Positions 15,728-27,141 of a stretch of DNA of 64,000 nucleotides are shown here, in pieces. Location of the stretch: positions 28,582,001 to 28,646,000 of the forward strand of contig NC_088854.1 in the NCBI RefSeq assembly GCF_963853765.1. Reading direction: 5' to 3'. Source of the stretch: Magallana gigas. Taxonomy: Eukaryota. Made by a program: the position numbers and the translations under genes. The first letter of the stretch is position 1. The number at the start of each line of letters is the position of its first letter. A model generated the notes under the pieces. That model made no database searches and was not told the DNA's origin. It saw nothing but the letters and a program-made list of their open reading frames with translations.

Positions 15728-16584
15728 AGACCTTTAATCACATTTTCAGAAAATAGTTCATTAGTTTATTTTTTTCAACCTGGCTATCATCATTATAGTA
15801 TTTTATCTATTTTGATATTGATTTATTTGAATTATTGGTTCTGATACCAACATTCTGGTATGGCTAATTTTTGTCACTATAGTGTGATATCTACTTCTGC
15901 ACGTTGGCTGGTCCGGGTGGCTCACCAAAAGAGAAATCGACAGAACAGAGATACACACCCCCTTCATCCCCATCTGGTAGGCTCAAATTAAATTTGAAAT
16001 AATTTTTCTTACCAATTTGTTTTTAACATCGGAACAATGTGTTTTACACACCTTTTCGTTTTGTTTAGCCAAAACCCTGCGCCCTCCCCAATACATTTAC
16101 AAAATCCCTCTCTCGTGCCTTGCCGGGCAAATGACGACAACTGACAAGTCCCCCATGAATCCAACGCCTCCTCACCAGTCTACTCTTCTGGCCCCAGTGG
16201 CTCAAAATGGCGATCGGTCACCTAGCAACAAGCGCCGAAGCCCTCTGTTGAGAACCAAGTGCATTCATCCAAGTGGCGAAAAGGTATAGCAGCTGTAGTG
16301 TCTCTCCTTGTATTTCTTGACAGTGAGTATAACCAAATATCGTCGTTAATAATATTCTGCTAATTGTCCTGTCTAAAGTTTTATTCTTGGAGAATTTCAT
16401 CATTTTTACTTTTTGTGGTTTTTTTTTTTTTAAAAAGACTGCTAGTGACAGACACGATTCGTCGGGATCCGATTCAGGGATCTCCATTCTTAGACCGGGG
16501 AACAATAGTTCACCTCCTGACAGCCCGTATCAACAGACAATATGTACCCTGGACTTTACACAGCAGGAAACGGACCTAGTTTAG
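743..16584 (+). CDS. GARNL3: GTPase-activating Rap/Ran-GAP domain-like protein 3 (RapGAP + CNH); 25 coding exons in window, possibly 5'-partial
   Basis: Exons: 743-826, 3465-3549, 5235-5353, 6506-6570, 7404-7494, 7844-7919, 8462-8560, 8732-8835, 9038-9158, 10376-10528, 10817-10932, 11333-11425, 11517-11591, 11852-11915, 12202-12252, 12371-12469, 12567-12680, 12947-13110, 13300-13452, 15113-15179, 15277-15357, 15493-15611, 15883-15976, 16069-16283, 16438-16584. Splice phases are all compatible (2649 nt). Recognisable motifs: HLENPEFQTRWYFKYFLG, VPQYRAVLWRK, GSINFKFGVVYAKE, GHEIMFHVSTLLP, VERKRHIGNDIV, EESVPLFGPPLP, INGEKAA..FAQKRERTL (RapGAP); PWEPQSF, CAFPYVMAFTADSIEIRLIINGNLVH (CNH). The first exon has an acceptor and an in-frame ATG at 752, so the true start is uncertain. 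Confidence 0.93.
1022..1300 (+). mobile_element. tRNA-derived SINE (degenerate) in a GARNL3 intron
   Basis: Pol III A-box TGGCTCAGTGG at 1028-1038 and B-box GGTTCGAGCTC at 1073-1083. The central motif CTCAGTCCACCCAGCTGCAATTGGGTACCGG (1150-1180) resembles the conserved cores of invertebrate SINE superfamilies, from memory. Confidence 0.6.
1311..1795 (-). mobile_element. Non-autonomous TIR element (MITE), TTAA-flanked, Kolobok-like; family A
   Basis: TTAA|GGAGACATGGTCACGA ... TCGTGACCAATCTCCT|TTAA. The interior (GAGCTCTGTATCTTGCTTATAACTC) is the reverse complement of the copies at 50635 and 59010. Confidence 0.75.
15646..15731. repeat. Compound microsatellite (TC)n(AC)n
   Basis: Read directly from the sequence, 35 bp downstream of the GARNL3 donor at 15612. 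Confidence 0.98.
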
Positions 16585-18112
16585 CACGTCATGGCGTATA
16601 TATGTGGTGCAAGCAAGACATATTACGTAGCGCATTTTCATATTATGAAGGTGCATGTGCCTTAACCATGTTCAATCAACGACAGTGGATGCTAACTGGT
16701 ACTGAGGCGTCAGATAAACAATATTCGGAAGATTACAAGGCCACGCGTCTAAAAGAAAGCTAATGAAGGTTTCCGATGACGTTGCTCCTTATTTTCATTT
16801 GATACACCGGTGGCACCTGATCATAAATGTTATTAATTAACTAAGATGAGGATGTTGCATTTGTGTTATTTTTGCTGGCCTCAGAGCGGATAACTGTATA
16901 GTGTTAAAGATTATTTTCATTCTGTTTTCTTTCCATTGAATTATTATTAAAAAAAAAATTTGAATTTTTTCTTGAAATATGGTGCTATATCTACAAATGT
17001 GATGTGATTAAGAACGGATCTGGAGAAGGGGAGCAATGAATTGAATAGTGTTTGAATAGATTTTTTCAATACCTCGTTTTTCTTTGCCTTGTAAGTAGAT
17101 AGCATCGTTATGTATATATTACAGTATGACAAGTCAAACATTGGATATCGTACTTGGAAAAAGAGAGAGTTTTTTTCTCCTTGAAAAGTTGGTGCAATAT
17201 AGTAGGTATATAAATAATTAATTTTTCAAATGGTATGGTTTGTTATGTGGATTTTTACTGTGCTTTCAGTTAATTGAAAGGGAAGGGATACTCGAAATGA
17301 ATGAGATTTTCTAAAACCGATATATAAATGCGCTTTCAGCATTTTAAGAAATTTTATTGGATTTTACTGAAGGATGACCTAGCAGATGATATGTAGCTTT
17401 CCTTAAATTGATTTGACATTATCTTAAAAATTGAGCACTTTTTCTTCTCAAATCTTTCTAGATAATATTTTTTAAAGTTTCATATACACTTGTTTTTTTT
17501 ATCCTTTTGAATTTTAAAGAAAAAAATATTTTGATTTTTAAAGACCATTGATTCCTCTACTTCATTTTCATTGTTCATAATACATAGGACGTTCAAGCAA
17601 ATAAAATAAAGTGTTCAACCCTGTTCAATCATCGGATCGTCACATTATAATATTAAACATTTTGAAAAGTATCAGTATTAAGCAAAGAATAAATGCTTAT
17701 TTTTCTCCTGTAGTTTTCTTCATCTCCGTGCCGAGAACTGTCGTTTGGTCGTTTAAGTCGTCAATTTGCCTTTTTGTTTCATATCCATGAAAACATTTCA
17801 ATGACTCAGGTTCATAGAGATTTTTTCCTGTTATTTGCACATGAACGTCATAATATATATTTTGTTCCCTTAATATGTTGTTTATTTTTGTGTTCTGTTT
17901 TTTTCCTAGATATGTTTATCAGAAATAAATTTATTACATATGTTTCATTGTTTTTGTGTATTTTTTCTAATGCAAGTTTTACGCGGTATTCCGTATTCCA
18001 TATAAAACAAAGAATACTAGTATATCACCGCTACATTGTATGTACATGTATTCCTCTTGTTGTTGATCCTGACTGATATATGTAATGGCCAAAACAAAGT
18101 ATCACGCACTGA

Positions 18113-18280
18113 AGTAACATGGTCACGATTTGAGCCTAAATCTTTCTAAGCGCATCCCCCCACCTCAAAAAAAGATGCTTTACTAAGGAATTACAACAGT
18201 TAAAATTTGAAAGTTATTTGTCAAGTTTGAAGCGAGATACAGAGCTCACAATGCTGTGTTTTGCAAACATAAACAACTAA
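18113..18280 (+). mobile_element. Truncated family A MITE fragment
   Basis: AACATGGTCACGATTT terminus and the internal GATACAGAGCTCACAAT motif shared with the 50635 and 59010 copies. Confidence 0.5.
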
Positions 18281-18362
18281 TAGCTACTTTTACACTGCAT
18301 TTAGTGACGTTTCCAGGACACCGAAATCTTAAATCGACGAGAATTAAGTTGTTTTGTACGAT

Positions 18363-18614
18363 TTACCAAATTTCCAAGAAATACATGACAAGCACTTTAG
18401 ATTGTTCTTCCTGATTGCAAAATTCAGTCAACTCATGCTCAAGATAATGAAGGATTTTCCGCTGGCTTACAATTTGACTCTTGAGCCGAACACACTTGGA
18501 ATTCTGTTCGGATAATAATGGATCATTTCTAATCATTACCTCTTGTTGTTTAAGCTTTGATAGATCTTCTACTAAAACAACACATGTCCGCGTTAACTGA
18601 CGTGACTTTATCAT
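18363..18614 (-). other. Orphan 83-codon ORF or exon (helical, coiled-coil-like); broken copies at about 25780-26010 and 26461-26690
   Basis: Open frame MIKSRQLTRTCVVLVEDLSKLKQQE...LEIW. The same sequence recurs twice at 25.8-26.7 kb with indels and an early stop. Confidence 0.35.
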
Positions 18615-19839
18615 AAGAAAATCAATGTAACATGAATTTCGAATTTCTTTTATTTTTAATGATCAATCCACATCTCTGTAAATTGCACGATTCATTATGA
18701 TGAATCTGGGTCTGTGCGATTCGAGTGTCCATAAACAATTTGCCAGTTTGCAATCCTTTGAGAAAACCAGAAGTACAATAATAATGTTTATTATATTGAT
18801 CAAATTACATATGTTTTTCGTATAGATATCATAAATATTAGGTTATAATTTTATCTAGAACAGTTTGATGTCGCTAAGAAACAGGTTTTTAGATCCACGA
18901 TTTGATTAGTTGATTAGTTAATTACGTCTTGGCTTTCGTAGGTTCAATTTGTTAGTTAATTTTGCTAACAAAGTCTAGTACACATATGCAAGGTTTTCTC
19001 TCACAGTGTTATAATACTTGAAAACAATCAATTCGCGTGGGGGGGGGGGGGGGGGGGGGGTGACAATTTGAGGTCGCGCGTTGAAGTTTTTGAGGAAGAC
19101 ATAATTTCAAAATGAATTAGTACTGTCATTTAATGTTCGGTTTATTGCTGCTTTGTTGTCAATGAACACGATACTTCAATGATTTATTCTCAACAATATT
19201 AAGAAATGTATCTAAATGTTCACAAAGTCAAACCGATCATATAACCAAATATTTACATTCAGTGTATATTTCCTCATATGTTTGCATTGGAAATCTGCGA
19301 CGTTATGAATCTATGAATACACTTTGATAACTCATGCGGCATGTGCAGAAATATAAACGTCTTCACGTGTTTTGATTATATTTATTCTTGTAAAATTAAA
19401 TGAACCGTTCAATCTTACATAACCAATTTGATATATACTTTTGAAAAATAATCATTAAATCATATCTAATCCTTACTAAAAAATATTTTTCTCTACAAAG
19501 TTTCTGGCACTGTATTTTTAGTCGCGGAAGCGAACTAAATAATATGTAAAATGGCTGTTCCATGTATGTTTCAGATCCCTGGCTCAGTGCGTATATAATG
19601 GCTTTAAAGCGACAATACACATATATTTAAAAAAAAAAAGAGACATCAGTATGAATATAAATATAAGCATTGAATGCTTATCTTTGGATGTCTTTGGTCC
19701 AGTAACACAACAAGCGTTGCAGACAAATTGTTTCATACCACGCTAACGTGCGGTATTCAATTTATCTGCACCTCTTGGTGTGTTAAAGGACCAACGACAT
19801 CCAAAAATAAGCATTCAGTGCTTAAATGATTATATCAGT

Positions 19840-20660
19840 TTATTCAAATTTGACCATTTTGTTATCGCATCAAGGTCAGGTCAAGGTCACTACCTTTTTC
19901 CTCAACTTAAAGGTATTAAAAAAATGTAGTTACAATGTATTTGCAGTTATGTAGACATCTGTTTAAGATATGACGTTTCTATTCTTCCATGAAATGATAG
20001 AATATCATAATGTGAATCAGCTAATACTACTTAATTGGAATAAGAATGTATTTAAACAAAAATTAATATAGGTAAGCCTGCATTTCCTCCATTTTGTCTT
20101 AAATTTTGAAGATATTTTTATTATGTTTTATGCTACCAATATTAGAATATTTCTGATTTTTACATATTATGAAGATCTTTTATAGATGTATAAATTGACA
20201 GAAACGCTAATATATTGACCATTTGATAAGAGAGAAAATCCGATTAAAGTGATTTTTTCACACAAATCTACTTATTATAATAGAATGAGCGCTTAAAAAA
20301 CTAATGAAAATGTTATTTGATAGGCAAATCATATTTTAAAAACATATTCTGAAACCCAAATATCTTATCAATAGATCACATTAGTTGACAAAATCCAACA
20401 TTAATGTTATTGTTGAAAAAAAAGCTAAATAGACTGATGGATCTACAGCAATTTTGAATTGCAATAACATGTGATATTTTTCTACGCCAAAGATCCGCCA
20501 AAACTATAGTTCTTTTTAGATTCTAAACTTTGATTATTTCTATTGTATGATAGTACAAAATAATTTCTTAGTATAAAAGAAAGAAAAATATGATATTTTT
20601 ATTTCATTTCCTCTTGATTTAATGAACACTTAATCAAATGTACTTTTCAAATGGCAATTC
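19840..20660 (+). repeat. Interspersed repeat of about 800 bp; second copy at about 52440-53200 in the same orientation
   Basis: Colinear matches, e.g. CAAATTTGACCAT.TTGTT.TCGCAT.AAGGTCAGGTCAAGGTCAC, AAGAGAGAAAATCCG, TTCTGAAACC.AAATATCTTAT, GATTCTAAA. Confidence 0.75.
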
Positions 20661-20865
20661 GAAAACCAGAAAAGATACATTTTTTTAAAACACAAAAGTA
20701 AGTTTGAAATTTACTATTACAATTTCAAGTTCATTTGTATATTAAATATTCTCGACTTGATACCAAATATTACTCCTTTGCACAACACAAGATTAAATTG
20801 TTGTAATTAGTTTAATTTCAGCTACAAAAATGACATGTTGATCTATAAAGAACACTTTCTTACGA

Positions 20866-22659
20866 TCACTGTAAATACTTGTATACTAGTACTCTCACTT
20901 TGTTGGTGTAACATTGTCCCACAGAAATATCGTTCTCGTCATCCACCCACACACTAAAAGGCCAATATACCTCTTGTGGTGTGAGTAGTTAAGACAAGTA
21001 CTGACCGTCTTAATCTAGAATATGAACCGAGTCACTGATAAAATCAGAGACCAAGATGTGACCGATGACATCGGTAAATATACCCAAGGGGCTAATCTCT
21101 GGCTTCTGACCTATGTAAGAGAACCTGTATTGTCCGTTTTCACCACCACTATAGCATGTTAGTTAATATCTGATACACAGATATCACCATTGATGTTTTC
21201 TGTGATGTAGCGTGGATAACTATACAGTTCCTGTCCTTCGCTGTCCCTTTGTATGTTCTGTATTTCTTCTCCTTTCTTGTTGTACCTGGTGACTTTAGCC
21301 TCTTTACCATTTACCATCCCGACCAGTATGTCCCCGTTGACGTGGGAGGAGTGTATGCCAATTGGTGTCCATTGTCCTGTTTTAAGGAATTCAATTTCTG
21401 TATCATTTGAATACATTATTATAGCTGTTTATGTATGTATACATCAGATCCCCGTCTTGTGTGACTGTATGGTAGCTATGTTTACCACTGGTTTGTATCC
21501 TCTGCAGCAGATTTCCCTGTAGATCTGTTTTGACAAGGTTACCGGTTAAATCACTAACCCAAAGTCTACCTGATTTATCTAGTGATATATGATATACACG
21601 ATCTACACCTGGTACTTTGTACTTTCTAGCCTGTTTCAATTTCAATAATCGAATGTTCCATTTCGTTAACTTTTTCTACATTATCTGACAACATTGTATC
21701 CAGCAGACATTTTAATGATTCGGTTTCAGTCTTCATTGATGTTCTTATATCATCAATGATGTTTTTGATATCGTTGATATTTTCTTTTATATCTCTTCGC
21801 ATATATTGTGAGTTTGCGATAAAAAGCTGATGTATTTCATAGATTTTTTCTGAATTTCTCTGAATAGATTATCTTTAAATCTTTTAGTTTGTGATTTCCG
21901 TGGTCTGGCATTGCACATTTGGAACATACTGGAACTTGACAGTCCCGACAAAATATGTCTATATCTTTATTTGGATGATCTTTGCATTTTTCCACAGGTA
22001 GTGGTATTTTGCGGTGTCGGTAAAGCCCCTTTCACAATTGGCGCTAAACTACTTTACACCACTTTAATATCGACATTTTTTAGCTTAGCACGAGCTCTCG
22101 CATACGTTGCACGAGCCCTCGCTTACGTTACACGAGCTCTCACGTTCGTTGCATACGTTTTACTGGTCGCATCAAGTCTCCTCTGAATAGTGGATATGTA
22201 CACTATTCAGACACGACCGAACGCGATCCAAATTATCGCAGTGCAACGCATGAACATTTACTTAGTACGAACTTTTTACAACGTTTTGTGTACTCGTAAG
22301 AGTGTTTCACGATTTATAAAGATCGTAAGATAAATCGCTGCTGTTTCATATATTCTCTGTTTAAGAACAAAAATTTACAGTATACATTTATTGCATGATG
22401 GTGAGGGAAATACATGTATGAAGATTTATTTCCTCAAGAAATATCATATTTCCCGAGGGCTTCCCCCGAAAAAAATGTTTTTTTTTCTGGGGAATAAAGC
22501 ATTAATGCAATAAACGTTTTATTATACCAAGCAACATATGATTACACAAAATACGTTGATTTCTAATAATGTTTGACTTTTCAACAGTCGCAACATTAAC
22601 GTCGTGATTGTTTGATTTTCCATGTAGCTGTCTCACTTTTCTGGCTTGGACAGTGCCAT
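20866..22659 (-). pseudogene. B-box/coiled-coil/NHL-propeller (TRIM-like, RING-less) paralog 1, pseudogene
   Basis: AG|ATG at 22659 (MALSKPEK*), then foreign DNA from about 22630 to 22022. It resumes at YRHRKIPLPVEKCKDHPNKDIDIFCRDCQVPVCSKC. An internal deletion at about 21640 removes the linker. There are frameshifts near 21850, 21420 and 21140, and a premature TAA at 21159. The end VYKYLQ* is at 20866. Confidence 0.88.
22022..22300 (+). mobile_element. DNA transposon terminus with 21-bp subterminal repeats, inserted in paralog 1
   Basis: Begins TA|AAGCCCCTTTCACAATTG exactly where the TRIM-like homology breaks. Three 21-bp units (GCACGAGCTCTCGCATACGTT-type) lie at about 22087-22150. No matching second terminus was found. 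Confidence 0.5.
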
Positions 22660-22852
22660 CTAAAATCGATATCTTTTTTTATCATTTTGATAAGTCACCT
22701 TGATATTGTCTATACCAGTAATGTATGATTAAAAGTTAGTACATATGAAAACCTAATTTATTATGCCATTGTATGACTATTTTGACATGAAAGACATGAA
22801 TAACTGTTTAATAAGATATACTAGTACAAGTTATATTACTTTTATGATTCAC

Positions 22853-23085
22853 CTTGTTTCGACAACTTTTAACATAAAGTCTCTTTTAATCAAAGTCGAA
22901 CTCGGCGTAAAGTGAAACTAGACGAGATCCAAGATCTTAAGATACTTCCTAATTGTAGGTAGAAATAGACATATGGCCTTTGAACGGCAGATCATTCAGA
23001 TCGTACGAATTTTTATTTGTCACATTTTATACCTATTGCAGATAATCAAAGGTGTATACGTTGCAGCTTGGCTAAATATTTTGAT
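22853..23085 (-). promoter_or_regulatory. Conserved 5'-UTR exon and promoter block of the TRIM-like genes; also at about 31041-31270 and 35794-36030
   Basis: About 230 bp of non-coding sequence is conserved in all three paralogs and ends in a conserved donor, AACAAG|GTG(A/G). A short intron follows and ends at AG|ATG. Confidence 0.65.
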
Positions 23086-23624
23086 ATATTTACATCAACC
23101 ATGTATAATTACCTCTTTATCTTACGGAAAAATATAGTCAATTCATAGCTCTATAGAAACAGCCAAACTGAAATTTACACGCCCCATTTATCGATTGGTC
23201 GAAATCTACAGCGGCTGAAAGTGACAGGACTGAAATTGACACGCCCTGTTTATCGATTGGTCTGAATCTACAGCGACCTAAGTAAACTCACGGACTGCAC
23301 GAAATAATCATGATGATGCCAGACTCAAAGTCTCACAAGAGACGATTTGGCTGTTTCTTTTAGCCTACGTACTTATGTACATGTACATTAACAGTAATTT
23401 AGTGAATTTTACTAACTTTTCATAATCAAATTTTTAATTAGTTAAAGAAAGATGTTAATATAAACATTAAATGCTTTCTTTGATGATTCATGCGGGTTAT
23501 GAAGGTAGCGATCATTGCAGGAAAAATTAACATAACCCGCGTAAGCGGGTTATGTATTTTTCCTGCAATGTCGTTACCTTCATATCCCGAATGAATCACC
23601 AAAAAAGCATTTTATTGTTTAAAT
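23086..23624 (+). mobile_element. Non-autonomous element ending in a long palindrome, no TIR or TSD (Crypton-like); second copy at 57553-58105 on -, partial copy at about 36290-36480
   Basis: Absent from the paralogous site in copy 2 (TTTTGATATGAATTAGAGTGCAG, about 31260). Termini ATATTTACAT...TGTTTAAAT are shared with the 57.6-58.1 kb copy. The hairpin of about 160 bp is centred on ATAACCCGCGTAAGCGGGTTAT. Confidence 0.65.
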
Positions 23625-24359
23625 GAATTTGAGTGCAGATACGTGTTGCGAACATTATTTTTTTTCGGATAAGAACTGCAATTTAACTTATACCGACGTA
23701 TTAAAATGAGTTCAGTTCTTGTTATAATTACATGTAGAACTCATAACACCTGACTGACGTTATTTATTTTCTCGTAAAAAATAATAAATACATACCTAAT
23801 AATACCAAGGTGTTATAAATGATTTGGTAAAGGGTATATTTTTATGCATTAATAGGTAAGGAGAAGATTTTTCATTCAGAAAATACATTACATAATGCAG
23901 TTGTCTGCGTTTGAACGATGCATAACGTTTTCAATGATATTTAGCGCAAATTAAGTGACCAATTTATGGCGAAAATATGTCACTTCTTTTCATAGCTATA
24001 TGAAAAATACGCAATATACCTTTAACCAAAATGTAAAATAAGGTAATAAAAGTAATGGAAAGGGTTAGTGAGTAGTTCTTGTTTCATTCAAACGAAAGTT
24101 TACTTTAACTTTACCGTCGCCTATCAGAGATCTAAAGAACAGTGTAAATAAATGAATCTGGGCGCATTTCACTTATTGTAAAACGTTCTGTTTTAAATCA
24201 ACACTTTCTTTGTATTACGACGACTTAAAGTAAAAATTACATATTATGAAATGTTGCAAAGATACGTCATTTGCAGCGCTTTTATTATAAAATCATAAAT
24301 ATATATTAACACCTCCTGTAGTTGTGAGAGTATAATATAGAATACTTTAATATGATATA

Positions 24360-24735
24360 TAGGTCATGTGAGCCAGATGTTATGTAAATCAACATTATAT
24401 GAAAAGTTCCTGTTTGGAAGGGTAACAGTTGAAATTGTCACCCCGAGAGGCGGACGTTGACATTGGGGTCAGTTTCAACTGTTACCCTCCAAAACAAGCA
24501 CTAATTATTTTATTATACCAAATATCTTAATTTAAAGAAAACTTTACTGCTTTTATATAGGAAGGATGTGAATTTTACGGCAAACCTTACGCGCGTGATT
24601 TACATGTACACGCATGTAACAATTCGTTGTGTTAAACCGTTGCCAAGTGTGTTGCTAACGCTGAGGGTAATACAATGAATTATAAACTGCGTCTAAGCCA
24701 ATCAGATTTCAGTATTTAACATAAAGTATAATAAT
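24360..24735 (+). mobile_element. Palindrome-bearing non-autonomous element (Crypton-like, different subfamily)
   Basis: Hairpin GGAAGGGTAACAGTTGAAATTG...CAGTTTCAACTGTTACCCTCCAAAACA at about 24410-24500, followed by a CCAATCAG-containing tail. Boundaries are approximate. Confidence 0.45.
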
Positions 24736-25779
24736 ATTAAGTGGCAACTACACTCTAAATACGTGCCACTATGATAAATACTTAAAAGAATTACAATTTA
24801 TTAGCTGCAGATTTATACATGTCATAGACATGTCATCTTATTTTGGTAGCGTAAATCTAAATGTATTTGTAATAACGAAGTGTTGACATTAGTTTTCTTA
24901 CAATTCAAATTTATACCAAAATCTTAAAAATTGTTTTAAAAAGCTCTTTCAGGATCGATTTGTCAAAAAAATAAAAATTATGTGAATTAGATGTTCATTT
25001 GCTCAGAATCTATAGAATTCCGGAGAATACTTTTAACAACATAGAGCATTATGCTTTAAAAATGTTGATTATCAAAATAATATCTTAGTTCTAAGTTACT
25101 TTCGTTAAACAAAATCCACTAATGTTTAATAAATGTATACTACTCTGCATGGGAAGCTGTTTTAAAGTTCATTATTGACATAGTTTTAATTCACCATGTA
25201 TACTGATCAATGTCATCTTGTTATTCCAATTATAAAAAGCTCCGAGTTTGTTCTGTGATTGCATGGTGGGTAATAACACGATAAAAGTTTTTGAAGTCTA
25301 TTGGATTCCAGCTATTTAAATCTCTATAGTAGTGAAATATTTTGAACGCCATAAAATCAATTTATCATAAAATCAACCACCTAAAATTTGGGGGGAGGAG
25401 GGGGGGGGGCTAAAAGAAGCTACATTAATATACATTATCGCTACAAATTGATCGCTTTGTAAACAATCAAAATGCTTGCACTTCCTTCGTTATTATGCAA
25501 TCTTTCGTAACACTTACTATAATTAGATATGAATGCACTAGTAAAGTCAAACACTTATCCAAGTGTTTCATTTGAATTTGTATCTATTGTATTCCGTTAT
25601 GCCTACTACATTTATATGTTACGCTTGTAGAAAATTAATTTTTATTAGTAGGTTAAGTAAAAAAATATCTGCATTGCTAGCTACCTTCATAGTCTAAATG
25701 AACCGACAAAACGGTTTACCGTTTATATAAATCTGCCTTTTAATTAATTATTCAATTCATCATCCATAAAAATGTGAGT

Positions 25780-27141
25780 AATACATGACAAGCACTTTAT
25801 AGATTGCAAAATTCAGTCAACTCCTGCTCAAGATAACGAAGAATTTTCCGCTGGCTTACGATTTGACTCTTGAGTCGAACACTCTTGGAATTCTTTTTGG
25901 ATAAAAATGGATCATTTCTTATCATTGGCTCTTGTTGTTTAAACTTTGATAGATCTTCTACTAAAAGCAACACATGTCCGTGTTAATTACGTGACTTTAT
26001 CATATGGAAATCAATGCACCATATTTTTATTTTTATTTTCTCTATTATAACTACTCAATCCCTATATCTGTGAATCACACGGTTCGAACTGATGAATCTC
26101 TGTCCCTGTGATTTAGGTTAACAAATAAATATAAATATTTTCATTCATTTATAAATATTTTGCCAGTTTAATATTTACAATCATATGAAAAACAAGTACA
26201 TGTTTATTATATCAATTATCTTACGTATGTAATTGTATTTCTCAAATTTAAAGTTGTTAAACATATAATACTTTATTTACTATTTTCGTTATTATGGGTA
26301 GGTATCTGTTTGTTATAAGGACAGTTGGGTGGATCTGTGTGTTTTTATGTCACGTGACATGGTCATACATGTACATGTATAAATAGTAAGTGCGCGCTTT
26401 TTAAAGTCCCTTTACCGCTCGTTGAAACGTAGCTATATTAAGTGAAAAATAGAAACCAGTAATACATGACAAGCACTTTATAGATTGCAAAATTCAGTCA
26501 TCTCCTGCTCAAGATAACGAAGAATTTTCCGCTGGCTTACGATTTGACTCTTGAGTCGAACACTCTTGGAATTCTTTTTGGATAATAATGGATCATTTCT
26601 TATCATTGGCTCTTGTTGTTTAAACTTTGATAGATCTTCTACTAAAAGCAACACATGTCCGTGTTAATTACGTGACTTTATCATATGGAAATCAATGCAC
26701 CATATTTTTATTTTTATTTTCTCTATTATAACTACTCAATCCCTATATCTGTGAATCACACGGTTCGAACTGATGAATCTCTGTCCCTGTGATTTAGGTT
26801 AACAAATAAATATAAATATTTTCATTCATTTATAAATATTTTGCCAGTTTAATATTTACAATCATATGAAAAACAAGTACATGTTTATTATATCAATTAT
26901 CTTACGTATGTAATTGTATTTCTCAAATTTAAAGTTGTTAAACATATAATACTTTATTTACTATTTTCGTTATTATGGGTAGGTATCTGTTTGTTATAAG
27001 GACAGTTGGGTGGATCTGTGTGTTTTTATGTCACGTGACATGGTCATACATGTACATGTATAAATAGTAAGTGCGCGCTTTTTAAAGTCCCTTTACCGCT
27101 CGTTGAAACGTAGCTATATTAAGTGAAAAATAGAAACCAGT
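25780..27141. repeat. Near-perfect tandem duplication, 2 x 681 bp
   Basis: Unit 1 is 25780-26460 and unit 2 is 26461-27141. Both start AATACATGACAAGCAC and end GAAACCAGT. Two substitutions were seen (CAACTCC/CATCTCC; ATAAAAATG/ATAATAATG). Confidence 0.95.

Noticed and set aside
22908-22922. ISRE/IRF-like motif AAAGTGAAACT upstream of paralog 1
   Set aside because: Imperfect match and not conserved in copies 2 and 3.
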